NCBI GenBank assembly: GCA_039586795.1
Contig: JBDHJS010000025.1
Location: 1 to 64,000, forward strand
Direction: 5' to 3'
DNA length: 64,000 nt
Source of the DNA: Gemmatimonadota bacterium
GTDB taxonomy: Bacteria; Gemmatimonadota; Gemmatimonadetes; Palauibacterales; KS3-K002
Part shown: one piece after another, positions 38,162-47,464 of the stretch
Numbering within the stretch: the first letter of the stretch is position 1
Layout: each line of letters starts with the position of its first letter
Notes under the pieces: generated by a model
The model's database searches: none
What the model was told of the DNA's origin: nothing
Seen by the model: the letters and a program-made list of their open reading frames with translations, nothing else
Position numbers and translations under genes: made by a program

Positions 38162-39680
38162 CGACGACAAGAACGAACGGCGCGTGATACTCGCCATCGA
38201 TCAGGGCACGACCGGAACGACAGTGCTTGCCATCGGGCACGACGGAGCCGTCGTCGGCCGCGCCTATAAGGAGATCGAGCAGTTCTACCCGCAGCCCGGA
38301 TGGGTGGAACATGATGCGGAGGAGATCTGGCGCTCGGTGCAGATTACAATCGCTGGCGCGCTGGAGAACGGAAGTCTGAACGGTGATGATGTGGCGGCCG
38401 TCGGCATCACAAACCAGCGCGAGACCGTCGTGCTGTGGGACCGTGCGACCGGCGAGCCCGTTCACAAGGCGATCGTCTGGCAGTGTCGCCGCACGTCGGA
38501 AACATGCCGCGAGTTGAAACGCGCCGGCCACGAACCACTGATCCGTAAACGCACCGGGCTAGTGATCGACCCCTATTTCTCTGGAACCAAGGTTGCCTGG
38601 TTGCTCGACAACGTCCCGGGCGCACGTGAGCGTGCGGAAGCTGGAGAGTTGGCGACGGGGACGATCGATAGCTGGCTCATCTGGAAGCTGACGGGAGGCG
38701 CAGTCCACGCGACGGAACCGACGAACGCGTCGCGAACCATGCTCTACCGCATCGACGAGCTGCGTTGGGATCCCGAGCTGTGCTCGATCCTCGGCGTGCC
38801 CGAGTCGTTACTTCCTGAGGTGAAGCCATCCGGTAGCGTCTTCGGTACGTCGGACGCGGCGGCCGCCGGGTTCGAAGCGCCGGTGGCATCCGCGTTGGGT
38901 GACCAGCAGGCGGCGCTCTACGGTCAGGGTTGCTGGGAAGCGGGGATGGCGAAGTGCACGTACGGAACCGGTGCCTTTCTACTGGTGCACACCGGTGATG
39001 AGCTGGTCCCGTCGGAGCACGGCTTGCTGACTACGGTGGCCAGCGGCCCGCGCGGCGAAGCGGCGTACGCCTTGGAGGGCTCGGTCTTCATCGCCGGCGC
39101 CGCGGTGCAGTGGCTGCGCGATGAGTTGGGGATAATAGAGAGCGCGCCGGAGACGGAAGCGCTGGCCCGTTCGTTGGATTCGAACGACGGCGTCTACTTC
39201 GTCCCCGCGTTCGTCGGTCTCGGCGCGCCGCACTGGAACGCCGAGGCCCGGGGCACGCTGGTGGGGCTGACCCGGGGGAGCGGCCCCGCCCATTTCGCCC
39301 GGGCGTCGCTGGAGGCGATGGCCTACTCGGCAAAGGATCTGCTCGACGCGATGGCCTCCGACTGGGGTCAATCGATACAGGTGCTCAAAGCCGACGGCGG
39401 AGCGGCGGCCAACGATTGGCTGATGCAGTTCCAGGCTGACGTGACCGGCATACCTGTCGGCCGGCCGGCGCTGGTCGAGACGACCGCGCTGGGCGCCGCG
39501 GCGCTGGCGGGTCTGACGACGGGGTTCTGGTCGGATCCGGAGCGACTCGCCGAGGTGCAGAAGCTGGAGCGTCAGTTCGATCCGGCGATGCCGGCGGCGA
39601 AGCGCGACGAGCTGCTGGCCGGTTGGCAGCGCGCGGTTAAATCGGCGGCAACGTGGGCTTCTGGGGGCGAAAGTGAGTGA
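38157..39680 (+). CDS. glpK: Glycerol kinase
   Basis: IDQGTTG, GITNQRET, IVWQCRRT, PYFSGTK, GDQQAAL, KCTYGTG, YALEGS. Confidence 0.97.
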   Translation: MIDDKNERRVILAIDQGTTGTTVLAIGHDGAVVGRAYKEIEQFYPQPGWVEHDAEEIWRSVQITIAGALENGSLNGDDVAAVGITNQRETVVLWDRATGEPVHKAIVWQCRRTSETCRELKRAGHEPLIRKRTGLVIDPYFSGTKVAWLLDNVPGARERAEAGELATGTIDSWLIWKLTGGAVHATEPTNASRTMLYRIDELRWDPELCSILGVPESLLPEVKPSGSVFGTSDAAAAGFEAPVASALGDQQAALYGQGCWEAGMAKCTYGTGAFLLVHTGDELVPSEHGLLTTVASGPRGEAAYALEGSVFIAGAAVQWLRDELGIIESAPETEALARSLDSNDGVYFVPAFVGLGAPHWNAEARGTLVGLTRGSGPAHFARASLEAMAYSAKDLLDAMASDWGQSIQVLKADGGAAANDWLMQFQADVTGIPVGRPALVETTALGAAALAGLTTGFWSDPERLAEVQKLERQFDPAMPAAKRDELLAGWQRAVKSAATWASGGESE

Positions 39681-39683
39681 ACG

Positions 39684-40154
39684 ATGAACCAGCCACTTCG
39701 CGTCGGCGTCATCGGTAGTGCCACTTGCGACGCGGAGACAGCGGCCGCCGCTCGGCGGGTGGGTGAGCTCATCGCGAAAGCGGGTGCGGTACTGATCTGT
39801 GGCGGACGCGGCGGCGTCATGCAGGCAGCAGCGGAAGGCGCCCGCGACTCCGGAGGCCTGACGGTCGGAATCCTGCCGGGCGAAGATCCGGCTGGCGCCA
39901 GTCCCGGGATCGCGGTGGCGATCCCCACCGGTCTGGGCGAAGCACGGAACGCCGTCGTCGTCAACACATCGGATGCGGTCATCGGCATCGCCGGCGCGTG
40001 GGGTACGTTGTCAGAGGCGGCCTTCTGTCTCAAGAAGGGAGTGCCGCTCATTCTGCTCAGGTCGGAGCTGCCCGACCTACCGGTGCCGTCGGCGGAGACA
40101 TCCGAGGAAGCGGTGGAGTGGGCGCTGGGACAGGCGCGAGAGAGGAGAGGATGA
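39684..40154 (+). CDS. TIGR00725-type LOG/Rossmann-fold protein
   Basis: CGGRGGVM, TVGILP, TGLGEARN, GTLSE. Confidence 0.88.
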   Translation: MNQPLRVGVIGSATCDAETAAAARRVGELIAKAGAVLICGGRGGVMQAAAEGARDSGGLTVGILPGEDPAGASPGIAVAIPTGLGEARNAVVVNTSDAVIGIAGAWGTLSEAAFCLKKGVPLILLRSELPDLPVPSAETSEEAVEWALGQARERRG

Positions 40155-40184
40155 TGCGGCGACACGGATGGGTCGGGGCGTTGG

Positions 40185-42023
40185 ATGGCTGAGCTGGGCG
40201 AACTCACGCTCTGGGCGGCGCTTCCGCTCTCAGCGTTGGCCGCGGCGCTATCGATAGCGGGTGGCTGGCTGGGCCGCCGCACTCCAGCGATAGTCGGCGG
40301 ACGTGCCGCCGAAGCGACTTCGGCTCTGTTGCTCGTCTCGGTAGCCGGTCTAGGCTACGCGCTCATCATTGTTCTACTGAAGTACGCCTACGTTGCCGCG
40401 TACACCGGCTTCCAAGATGCGTGGCCGACACGCCTGGCGGCACTGTGGAGCGGACCGGCGGGCGTCGCTCTCTGTCTGACCACGTTGATCATGCTGGCGG
40501 CGGCGATCAGCCATCGACTCGATCGCACGCGATCCGCCGTCGCTCGAACCGGCGTGTTGGCGACTCTCGGGTTCATCGGCTTGCTGGTCGTGGTCAGCCG
40601 GGCGCGGCCGTTTCTGCAACCCGAGGCGCCGGCACTGACCGGGGTCGGGATGCCGTTCCGGATGGCGACTGTCGGGTGGCAGCTGGAGATGTGGATGGCG
40701 ATGCTGACGACGGCGTGCGCCGCGTTTGCGTTCTCCGGCGTCATCGGCGAGCAGCTAGCCGAACGACCCGGCGCGCAGGCGAGCGAACGCGGGGCGGTGC
40801 GCTGGGCGGCGGCGTTCATGAGCCTGGCTCTACTTGCCGCGATCTGGCGCGCCTACTCGGTGACCGGTCGGCTGCTCGATGCGACGGGATTGGGAATGAT
40901 CGCCGTTCACCTGCCCGTCCTGTTGCTGGCATTCTCGTACCTCCACGCGCCGGGCGGCCTGGCGGTGCCGCGTTGGGCGGCGCGCTGGCGTCGGGTCCTG
41001 GGTGTCGCGCTCTTTCCCGCATCGCTCGGCGTCGTGGTGGGGCTGCTGTCGGGATTCGGCGGGGTACCGCCGGTGGAGATCTGGGGAGCCGGCCTTGCGG
41101 TTGGGATCATCTCAGGCTCGCTGGCGGGTATCGGCCGGGCGCAACCCGGGGTGGAGTGGTTGCACGGAGTGCCCGGCTTCGGAATCTGGGCCTTTCAAGG
41201 CGCGCTGGCCGCGCTCGCCCTGACGGGAGCTCTGGCGATTCAGCAGCTGGTCGGCGGTGGCTATTGGGCCGACCTGGGCCCGACGGTGATCCTGGTCGTC
41301 ATCGCCGGCGCGTGCGGGTGGGCGGTCTCGCGTTCCGCCGGTGGATGGCGCGTTTGGCCGACCGCCGTCACGTTCAGTGTTCTTTCCGCAGTGCTCATCT
41401 ATTTCATAGCGGGCCGGAACATCGTGTTCGGTCTGGCGTGCGGTCTGGCAGTATCGATGGCGATTGGATTCGCGGCCGATTTGATTCGCGCGCGCGCGGC
41501 GCGACGCGCCCGAGGCAGCATCGACGATGACCAGCGGGACGTCTATGCCTCGCGGGCTCGCCGCCGCTGGTCTTCGGCGATCGCGCATGTCGGGATAGCG
41601 TCGATCGTGCTGGGCTTCTCGGCCGACGGACTCACGCGGACCGCATCAGGATCGATCAGCCCCGGCGACTCCTTGATCGTGCAGACAACGAGCGGCGCGG
41701 TGAGTGCCGTCTACCTCGGCCTCTCTCGTTACCAGACGAACACGATGGACAGGAGAGTAGCCAGCTTCGCATACTATCGGGACGAAGGATCGAGCGAGTT
41801 GGTCGTCGCCTCGCTGAGCCGAGACTTGAGGAGCGGTGAGTCCTTCGGCACGCCCGCGCTCATGCGTGGCGCTTTCCGAGATGTGACTCTCAGCGTCGCT
41901 GCGCTTCGCGGTCCCGAGGACATACTGTGCAGCATCTCCGCTCGACCGCTCTCCAATCTCGTCTGGCTCGGCGGCTTGCTTTTGTTCGTCGCAGTCGTTC
42001 TGGTACGGAGGACGGAGCCATGA
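40185..42023 (+). CDS. Divergent CcmF/NrfE-like multi-pass membrane protein
   Basis: LAALWSGPAG, RRRWSSAIAHVG and PLSNLVWLGG resemble CcmF N- and C-terminal motifs; WWD motif not found. Confidence 0.65.
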   Translation: MAELGELTLWAALPLSALAAALSIAGGWLGRRTPAIVGGRAAEATSALLLVSVAGLGYALIIVLLKYAYVAAYTGFQDAWPTRLAALWSGPAGVALCLTTLIMLAAAISHRLDRTRSAVARTGVLATLGFIGLLVVVSRARPFLQPEAPALTGVGMPFRMATVGWQLEMWMAMLTTACAAFAFSGVIGEQLAERPGAQASERGAVRWAAAFMSLALLAAIWRAYSVTGRLLDATGLGMIAVHLPVLLLAFSYLHAPGGLAVPRWAARWRRVLGVALFPASLGVVVGLLSGFGGVPPVEIWGAGLAVGIISGSLAGIGRAQPGVEWLHGVPGFGIWAFQGALAALALTGALAIQQLVGGGYWADLGPTVILVVIAGACGWAVSRSAGGWRVWPTAVTFSVLSAVLIYFIAGRNIVFGLACGLAVSMAIGFAADLIRARAARRARGSIDDDQRDVYASRARRRWSSAIAHVGIASIVLGFSADGLTRTASGSISPGDSLIVQTTSGAVSAVYLGLSRYQTNTMDRRVASFAYYRDEGSSELVVASLSRDLRSGESFGTPALMRGAFRDVTLSVAALRGPEDILCSISARPLSNLVWLGGLLLFVAVVLVRRTEP

Positions 42024-42253
42024 GTGCGTTGGCAGCGGTGGTCCTCGGTGTGCTGGGGATCGGCTACGCCGTATGGCCGGCCTTGCAGGCCCGAGGGAAG
42101 GGGCCGCTCCCGGATGAGTTTCCAGAAGACGGATACGCGGAGAGCGATGCCGACCGAGAAGGTGAGGTGTTGCGGAGGTGGTCGGTCGAGGCAGGCGAAC
42201 TGGAAGATGACGAGTCCCCCCCGGCAGCGGACCCGGCGGAAGGAGACCTATAG
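42020..42253 (+). CDS. Small hypothetical membrane-anchored acidic protein
   Basis: ATGA coupling with the ccmF-like gene; N-terminal TM ending YAVWP. Confidence 0.6.
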   Translation: MSALAAVVLGVLGIGYAVWPALQARGKGPLPDEFPEDGYAESDADREGEVLRRWSVEAGELEDDESPPAADPAEGDL

Positions 42254-43313
42254 ATGAACATCCCGCTTCTCGACCTGAGGCGGCAGAACGAACCGATCGC
42301 CGAAGAACTGATGGAGGCCGTGGGCCGGGTCGCCTCGTCGCAGGGCTTCGTGCTGGGAGCGACGGTGGCCGAGTTCGAGGAGGCGGTTGCCGAGTACACC
42401 GGGGCGACGCACGCCATAGGTGTGGCCAGTGGGACCGACGCCCTTTACCTGTCGCTGCGAGCGTTGGATCTGGCGCCGGGCGATGAGGTCATCACGTCTC
42501 CGTTCACGTTCTTCGCTACCGCGGGCGCGGTGGAGAATGTGGGCGGTCAACTCGTGTTCGCCGATATCGAGCCGGGCACGTTTAACATCGATCCGGCAGC
42601 CGTTGCCGACGCCATCACCGACCGGACACGCGCCATCATCCCGGTGCACCTGTTCGGGCAGATGGCGGAGATGCAGCCCGTCATGGATGTGGCGCGGGAG
42701 AGAGGGATAGCGGTGATCGAAGATGCCGCCCAGTCGATCGGCGCCAAGGCGGCCTTCGATGGTGGTTGGGGCTCGGCAGGCGCCGTCGGGACGTTGAGTT
42801 GCTTCTCCTTCTATCCCACCAAGAACCTGGCGGGTTGGGGCGATGGCGGGATGATCACGACGAACGACTCTGCCCTCGCCGATCGGTTGCGCCGGCTTCG
42901 CGTGCACGGCGAAAATTACGCTAGCGGCCGCTACGTTCACGAAGAAGTCGGGATCAACTCCAGGCTCGACGCGATTCAGGCGGCGGTCCTCCACGTGAAG
43001 CTCCGCCACCTGCCCGGCTGGACCGAGATGCGACGAGCCCGGGCCGCCTACTATGATAAAGAGTTCGATCCGGGCGCAGCGGCGGGATGAACTGAAGGCC
43101 CATCTCGGTGAGCAGGGGATCGGCAGCGGGATCTACTACCCGCTGCCGCTGCATCTGCAGCCCTGCTTTGAGCACCTGGGCTACGGAGAAGGCGACTTCC
43201 CCGAGGCGGAGCGGGCGTCGGCGGAGGTATTGAGCCTGCCGGTGTTTCCGGAGTTGCGGTCCGAGGAGCAAGGAAGCGTAAGATCAGCAATAGAAACGTT
43301 TTACGGCTCTTGA
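42254..43313 (+). pseudogene. DegT/DnrJ/EryC1/StrS aminotransferase, frameshifted near 43067
   Basis: SGTDAL, PVHLFGQ, EDAAQS, SFYPTKNL and NSRLD in one frame; RRDELKAHL...IYYPLPLHLQP...LSLPVFP in another. Confidence 0.85.
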
Positions 43314-43324
43314 GCCGCCGGGGC

Positions 43325-43353
43325 TTGACCCCGAACAAGACCCGAAGTACTTT
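43325..43353 (+). promoter_or_regulatory. Putative sigma-70 promoter for ltaE
   Basis: TTGACC-17 bp-TACTTT. Confidence 0.5.
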
Positions 43354-43416
43354 GGTCTCTGTCACCCGTGAGCAAGGCGCCGGAGCCGCGACCGGTACCG
43401 CTTCACTCAAACCGAC

Positions 43417-44451
43417 ATGACAACAGATATCGTTGATCTCCGCAGCGACACGGTCACGCGCCCATCGCCGGACATGAGGCGTGCGATCGCCGAGGCCGAA
43501 GTCGGCGACGACGTTCACGGCGACGACCCGACCGTGAAGCGGCTCCAGGAACGGCTGGCCGAGATGTTGGGGGCGGAGGCGTCGCTCTTCTTTCCCAGCG
43601 GATCGCAGGCGAACCAGACGGGGATCTTGCTGCACACGCGACCGGGGACGGAAGCGATCTGCGAGGCGAACGCCCACGTCTTGCACTACGAGATGGCGGG
43701 CGCGGCGGCGTGGTCTGGCGTTCAGCTGCGGCCGGTGGTGACGGAGGACGGCGTGCTGACGGCGGATCTGGCCCGTCCATTCGTGCGGCCGGAGAACCCG
43801 CACCTGATGCGCACATCGCTGCTCTGCGCCGAGAACACGCACAACATGGCGGGCGGCAAGGTGATGCCGTTGGAGACGCTGAGGGGTTTGCGCGAGTTGG
43901 CAGATGAGCAGGGAATGCCGTTGCACCTGGACGGCGCGCGACTGTGGAACGCGGCGGCGGCGACTGGCGTCCCCGCGTCGGAGTTCGCCGCGCTGGCGGA
44001 CACGGTGATGGTCTGCTTCTCGAAGGGGCTGGGCGCGCCGGTGGGATCGGCGTTGGCGGGTACGGCAGAAGCGATAAGCCGGGCGCACGAATGGCGGAAG
44101 CGGTTGGGCGGTGGGATGCGCCAGGTGGGAATCCTTGCGGCGGCGGGCCTGTACGCGTTGGATCACAATCTCCCGCGCATCGCGGAGGATCATAAGCGGG
44201 CGCGGCGGTTGGCGGAGTTCGTGGACGGCCTGGATGGTTTTCGGGTAATCGCGCCGGAGACGAACATCATCATGATCGATGTGAAACGGGACGATCTGAC
44301 TCCGGTAGGGGTGGCGAAATCCTTGGAGGAGCGTGGTGTTTGGCTATTGGTTACGGGACCGGATCGGTTGCGGGCGGTGACGCATCTCGATGTGGATGAT
44401 GACGGGATCGAACGGGCGTGTGTCGCGTTTGAGGAAGTAGCGAAGGAGTGA
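43417..44451 (+). CDS. ltaE: Low-specificity L-threonine aldolase
   Basis: DLRSDTVTRP, VGDDV, ENTHN, HLDGARLWNA, CFSKGLGAPVGS, GGGMRQ. Confidence 0.95.
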   Translation: MTTDIVDLRSDTVTRPSPDMRRAIAEAEVGDDVHGDDPTVKRLQERLAEMLGAEASLFFPSGSQANQTGILLHTRPGTEAICEANAHVLHYEMAGAAAWSGVQLRPVVTEDGVLTADLARPFVRPENPHLMRTSLLCAENTHNMAGGKVMPLETLRGLRELADEQGMPLHLDGARLWNAAAATGVPASEFAALADTVMVCFSKGLGAPVGSALAGTAEAISRAHEWRKRLGGGMRQVGILAAAGLYALDHNLPRIAEDHKRARRLAEFVDGLDGFRVIAPETNIIMIDVKRDDLTPVGVAKSLEERGVWLLVTGPDRLRAVTHLDVDDDGIERACVAFEEVAKE

Positions 44452-44566
44452 AGTTGATAATTCGTTGAGCCGTGTTGGCTAGGGTGGCGCGGACGGGTTG
44501 GGGAATGCTCGAAGTTGAAATGGTTAAACGCCCAGCGCCCAATTTCCAAGTTCTTCAGGAGGAGAA

Positions 44567-45619
44567 ATGGTTGCAGAGTTGAGTGAAGACAGAAAGAAAG
44601 CGCTGAACGTGGCGATCTCTCTCGTGGAGCGGCAGCACGGGAAGGGCGCGATAATGCGTATGGGCTCCGAGGGCGCCCGGGTGAAGGTTGCAGCGATCCC
44701 GACGGGCTCGCTGATGCTCGACGCGATGACTGGCATCGGCGGCATCCCACGCGGCCGGGTGACGGAGATCTATGGGCCGGAATCGTCGGGCAAGACGACG
44801 CTCACCCTGCATATCATTGCCAACGCTCAGAAGACCGGCGGCGTGGCGGCCTTCATCGATGCCGAACACGCCCTCGACATCAATTACGCCGAGAAGCTGG
44901 GCGTCGATATCGAGAACCTGCTGGTCTCGCAGCCGGACACGGGCGAGCAGGCGCTGGAGATCGCCGAGGTGCTGGTGCGCAGCGGCGCCGTCGACGTCGT
45001 GGTGATCGACTCGGTAGCGGCCCTGGTGCCGCGAGCGGAGATCGAAGGCGAGATGGGCGCCTCCCACGTCGGTCTGCAGGCGCGCCTCATGTCGCAGGCG
45101 CTGCGCAAAGTGACGGGGGCGATCAACCGCTCGAAGACGGCGGTGGTCTTCACCAACCAGATCCGCGAGAAGATCGGCGTCATGTTCGGCAACCCGGAGA
45201 CCCAGCCGGGCGGCCGGGCGCTCAAGTTCTACGCGTCGCTGCGTCTCGACATTCGGAGGATCGCGTCGATCAAGGACGGCAACGATCAGGTCGGGAACCG
45301 GACTCGCGTCAAAGTCGTGAAGAACAAGTGCGCACCGCCGTTCCGACAGGCCGAGTTCGACATCATGTTCGGCGAGGGGATCTCCCGTGTCGGCGAGCTG
45401 GTCGACATGGCGACGGAGGCGGAGATCATCAAGAAGTCGGGCGCCTGGTTCTCCTACGGCGATCAGCGGATCGGCCAGGGCCGGGAAAACGCCAAGCTGT
45501 TCTTGAAAGAGAACGGTGACCTCGCCGACGAAGTAGAGACGAAAGTGCGCGACGTGATGGGCATCGGCGCGGAGGGTGAGCCGGAGGAGGAGGAGGCGGC
45601 CACCGCGGAGGAGCAGTAG
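44567..45619 (+). CDS. recA: Recombinase A
   Basis: [45 protein letters not shown]. Confidence 0.99.
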   Translation: MVAELSEDRKKALNVAISLVERQHGKGAIMRMGSEGARVKVAAIPTGSLMLDAMTGIGGIPRGRVTEIYGPESSGKTTLTLHIIANAQKTGGVAAFIDAEHALDINYAEKLGVDIENLLVSQPDTGEQALEIAEVLVRSGAVDVVVIDSVAALVPRAEIEGEMGASHVGLQARLMSQALRKVTGAINRSKTAVVFTNQIREKIGVMFGNPETQPGGRALKFYASLRLDIRRIASIKDGNDQVGNRTRVKVVKNKCAPPFRQAEFDIMFGEGISRVGELVDMATEAEIIKKSGAWFSYGDQRIGQGRENAKLFLKENGDLADEVETKVRDVMGIGAEGEPEEEEAATAEEQ

Positions 45620-45621
45620 GG

Positions 45622-45726
45622 CGTAGACGGTAAGTGGTAGACGGTAAGCGGTAGACGGTAGAACCTACCGGATGCCGCTTACCGTGTTCGTATTACCGTC
45701 TACCGTCCACCGTCCACCGTCAACCG
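45622..45726. repeat. Heptamer inverted-repeat hairpin element, copy B
   Basis: Alternating GGTAGAC/GGTAAGY x6, then TCYACCG-type units; inner ~21 bp stem around an AAC loop. Confidence 0.85.
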
Positions 45727-45735
45727 GAGCAACCC

Positions 45736-46242
45736 GTGCTCGAAGGGCAAGGCCCCGCGCCCACCGAAGAAACCACCACCCAGGCCATCGACGCGGCGCT
45801 GAACTATCTCTCCTACCGGCAGCGCACCGAGTACGAAGTGCGTCGCAAGCTGGTCGATCGCGGGTTCGAGGAGGAGGTCGTCGAGGCCGCGATGCGGCGC
45901 CTCGAGGCTGTGGGATTGGTCGATGACGATGCGTTCATCGCCGCCTACGTCCGGGATCGGGTCGCGCACCGGCCGATGGGCGTGCGGCGCATGGCGCAGG
46001 AGCTATACGCGAAGGGAATCAACCGGGACGCGGCGTTGCCGGTGATCGAGACGGCGATGCAGGAAGAGGGAACGGACGAGATCAGCATGGCGCGGCGAGT
46101 AGCGGAGCGGAAGTGTGCGTCGCTCCGATCGCGACAGGAAGAGATCGCGTTGACGCGGAAACGGCTAAGGGATCACCTGCTGCGTCGTGGGTTCGACCCG
46201 CGGGTCATTCACGGCGTGCTGGACGAGGTGCTGCCGCGGTAA
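45736..46242 (+). CDS. recX: Regulatory protein RecX
   Basis: ALNYLSYRQRTEYEVRRKL, LVDDDAF, QELYAKGI, LLRRGF; follows recA. Confidence 0.93.
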   Translation: MLEGQGPAPTEETTTQAIDAALNYLSYRQRTEYEVRRKLVDRGFEEEVVEAAMRRLEAVGLVDDDAFIAAYVRDRVAHRPMGVRRMAQELYAKGINRDAALPVIETAMQEEGTDEISMARRVAERKCASLRSRQEEIALTRKRLRDHLLRRGFDPRVIHGVLDEVLPR

Positions 46243-46258
46243 GCGGAGGAGGCAGAAC

Positions 46259-46774
46259 GTGAGTCGCGTTGGCCAGGGAACAGCGAAAGCGATCGAGCCG
46301 GGAGTGCCGGGCGTTGTGCGCCGGGCGCGGCCCGAGGAGGCCGCGGCGCTGAGCGAGCTTGCCCTGCGATCCAAGGCGCACTGGGGATACGAAGCGAAGT
46401 TCCTGGAGGCGTGTCGAGAAGAGTTGACCGTCAGGCCCGAATCGATCGACGCGGGTCAGGTTTGGGTGCTGGAACACGACGGACGGCTAGTCGCGTTCTA
46501 CACTTTGGTGCGTTGGAACTCCGACATCGAACTGGGCCATCTTTTCGTCGACCCGACGGCGATCGGCGGAGGGGCCGGGCGGGCTCTCTGGGAGGACGCG
46601 GTGGATCGGGCGACGGAGCTCGGATACGACAGACTCCTGATCCAGAGCGATCCCAACGCTGAAGGCTTCTATGTCAGTATGGGCGCGGAGCGTATCGGCG
46701 ACGTGCCGTCCCAGGCTCGAGCCGGTCGTACACTGCCCCTTCTGGTCTATCCGTTGACCGAAGCTGTCGATTGA
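46259..46774 (+). CDS. GNAT-family N-acetyltransferase
   Basis: LALRSKAHWGY, LFVDP..IGGGAGRAL, SDPNAEGFY, GRTLP. Confidence 0.88.
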   Translation: MSRVGQGTAKAIEPGVPGVVRRARPEEAAALSELALRSKAHWGYEAKFLEACREELTVRPESIDAGQVWVLEHDGRLVAFYTLVRWNSDIELGHLFVDPTAIGGGAGRALWEDAVDRATELGYDRLLIQSDPNAEGFYVSMGAERIGDVPSQARAGRTLPLLVYPLTEAVD

Positions 46775-46789
46775 CCCATTCATGTTGCT

Positions 46790-47431
46790 ATGAGCTGCAG
46801 GTGTTGTCAGGGAGTGGACGACGTCTTTCGTGGGTCCTACGTGAAGCGCGACTTGCGTAAGTACCACCGCAAGGGTCCGCGAAAAACGACGCATATGTTG
46901 CTTCGGGTCATCAAGGAGCAGGGTGTCGAGGGGGCGTCCGTCCTCGACATCGGTGGCGGGATCGGAACGATCCAGCACGAGCTGCTCCGGGTAGGCGCCA
47001 GCCGAGCGACGGGGGCCGAGGCGGCGATGGAGTTCGTCGAAGTGGTCCAGGAGGAGGCTAGACGCCAGGGCCATGCGGACAAGATCGATGTCCGCTACGG
47101 CGACTTCGTCGAGATCGTCGACGACATCGAAGAGGCGGACATCGTGACGCTGGACCGCGTGATCTGCTGCTACTCTGATATGGAGTCGTTGGTCAAGCTT
47201 TCGACAAAAAAGGCGCGCCGGGTGTACGGAGTTGTGTATCCACGCGACACCTTCCTGACACGAATCGGAATGATGGTGCTGAACGCGGTCTTCCGCCTGA
47301 CGCGAAACCCCTTCCGTGTCTACCGCCATGCCACCGCCGATGTGGAGGCGCTGATCTTCGCGGCTGGCTTTCGACAGACCTACTACAAGACGACCCCCTA
47401 CTGGCAGGTGGCAGTCTTCTGCAGGCGGTAG
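46790..47431 (+). CDS. Class I SAM-dependent methyltransferase
   Basis: VLDIGGGIG, GDFV, ADIVTLDRVICCY. Confidence 0.88.
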   Translation: MSCRCCQGVDDVFRGSYVKRDLRKYHRKGPRKTTHMLLRVIKEQGVEGASVLDIGGGIGTIQHELLRVGASRATGAEAAMEFVEVVQEEARRQGHADKIDVRYGDFVEIVDDIEEADIVTLDRVICCYSDMESLVKLSTKKARRVYGVVYPRDTFLTRIGMMVLNAVFRLTRNPFRVYRHATADVEALIFAAGFRQTYYKTTPYWQVAVFCRR

Positions 47432-47464
47432 TTCCTCAGAAAGAACGTCTGGAGCGAAGCTGCG

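Noticed and set aside
44452..44566. LexA/SOS box upstream of recA
   Set aside because: No match I can support to known CTGT-N8-ACAG, GAAC-N4-GTTC or GTTC-N7-GTTC boxes
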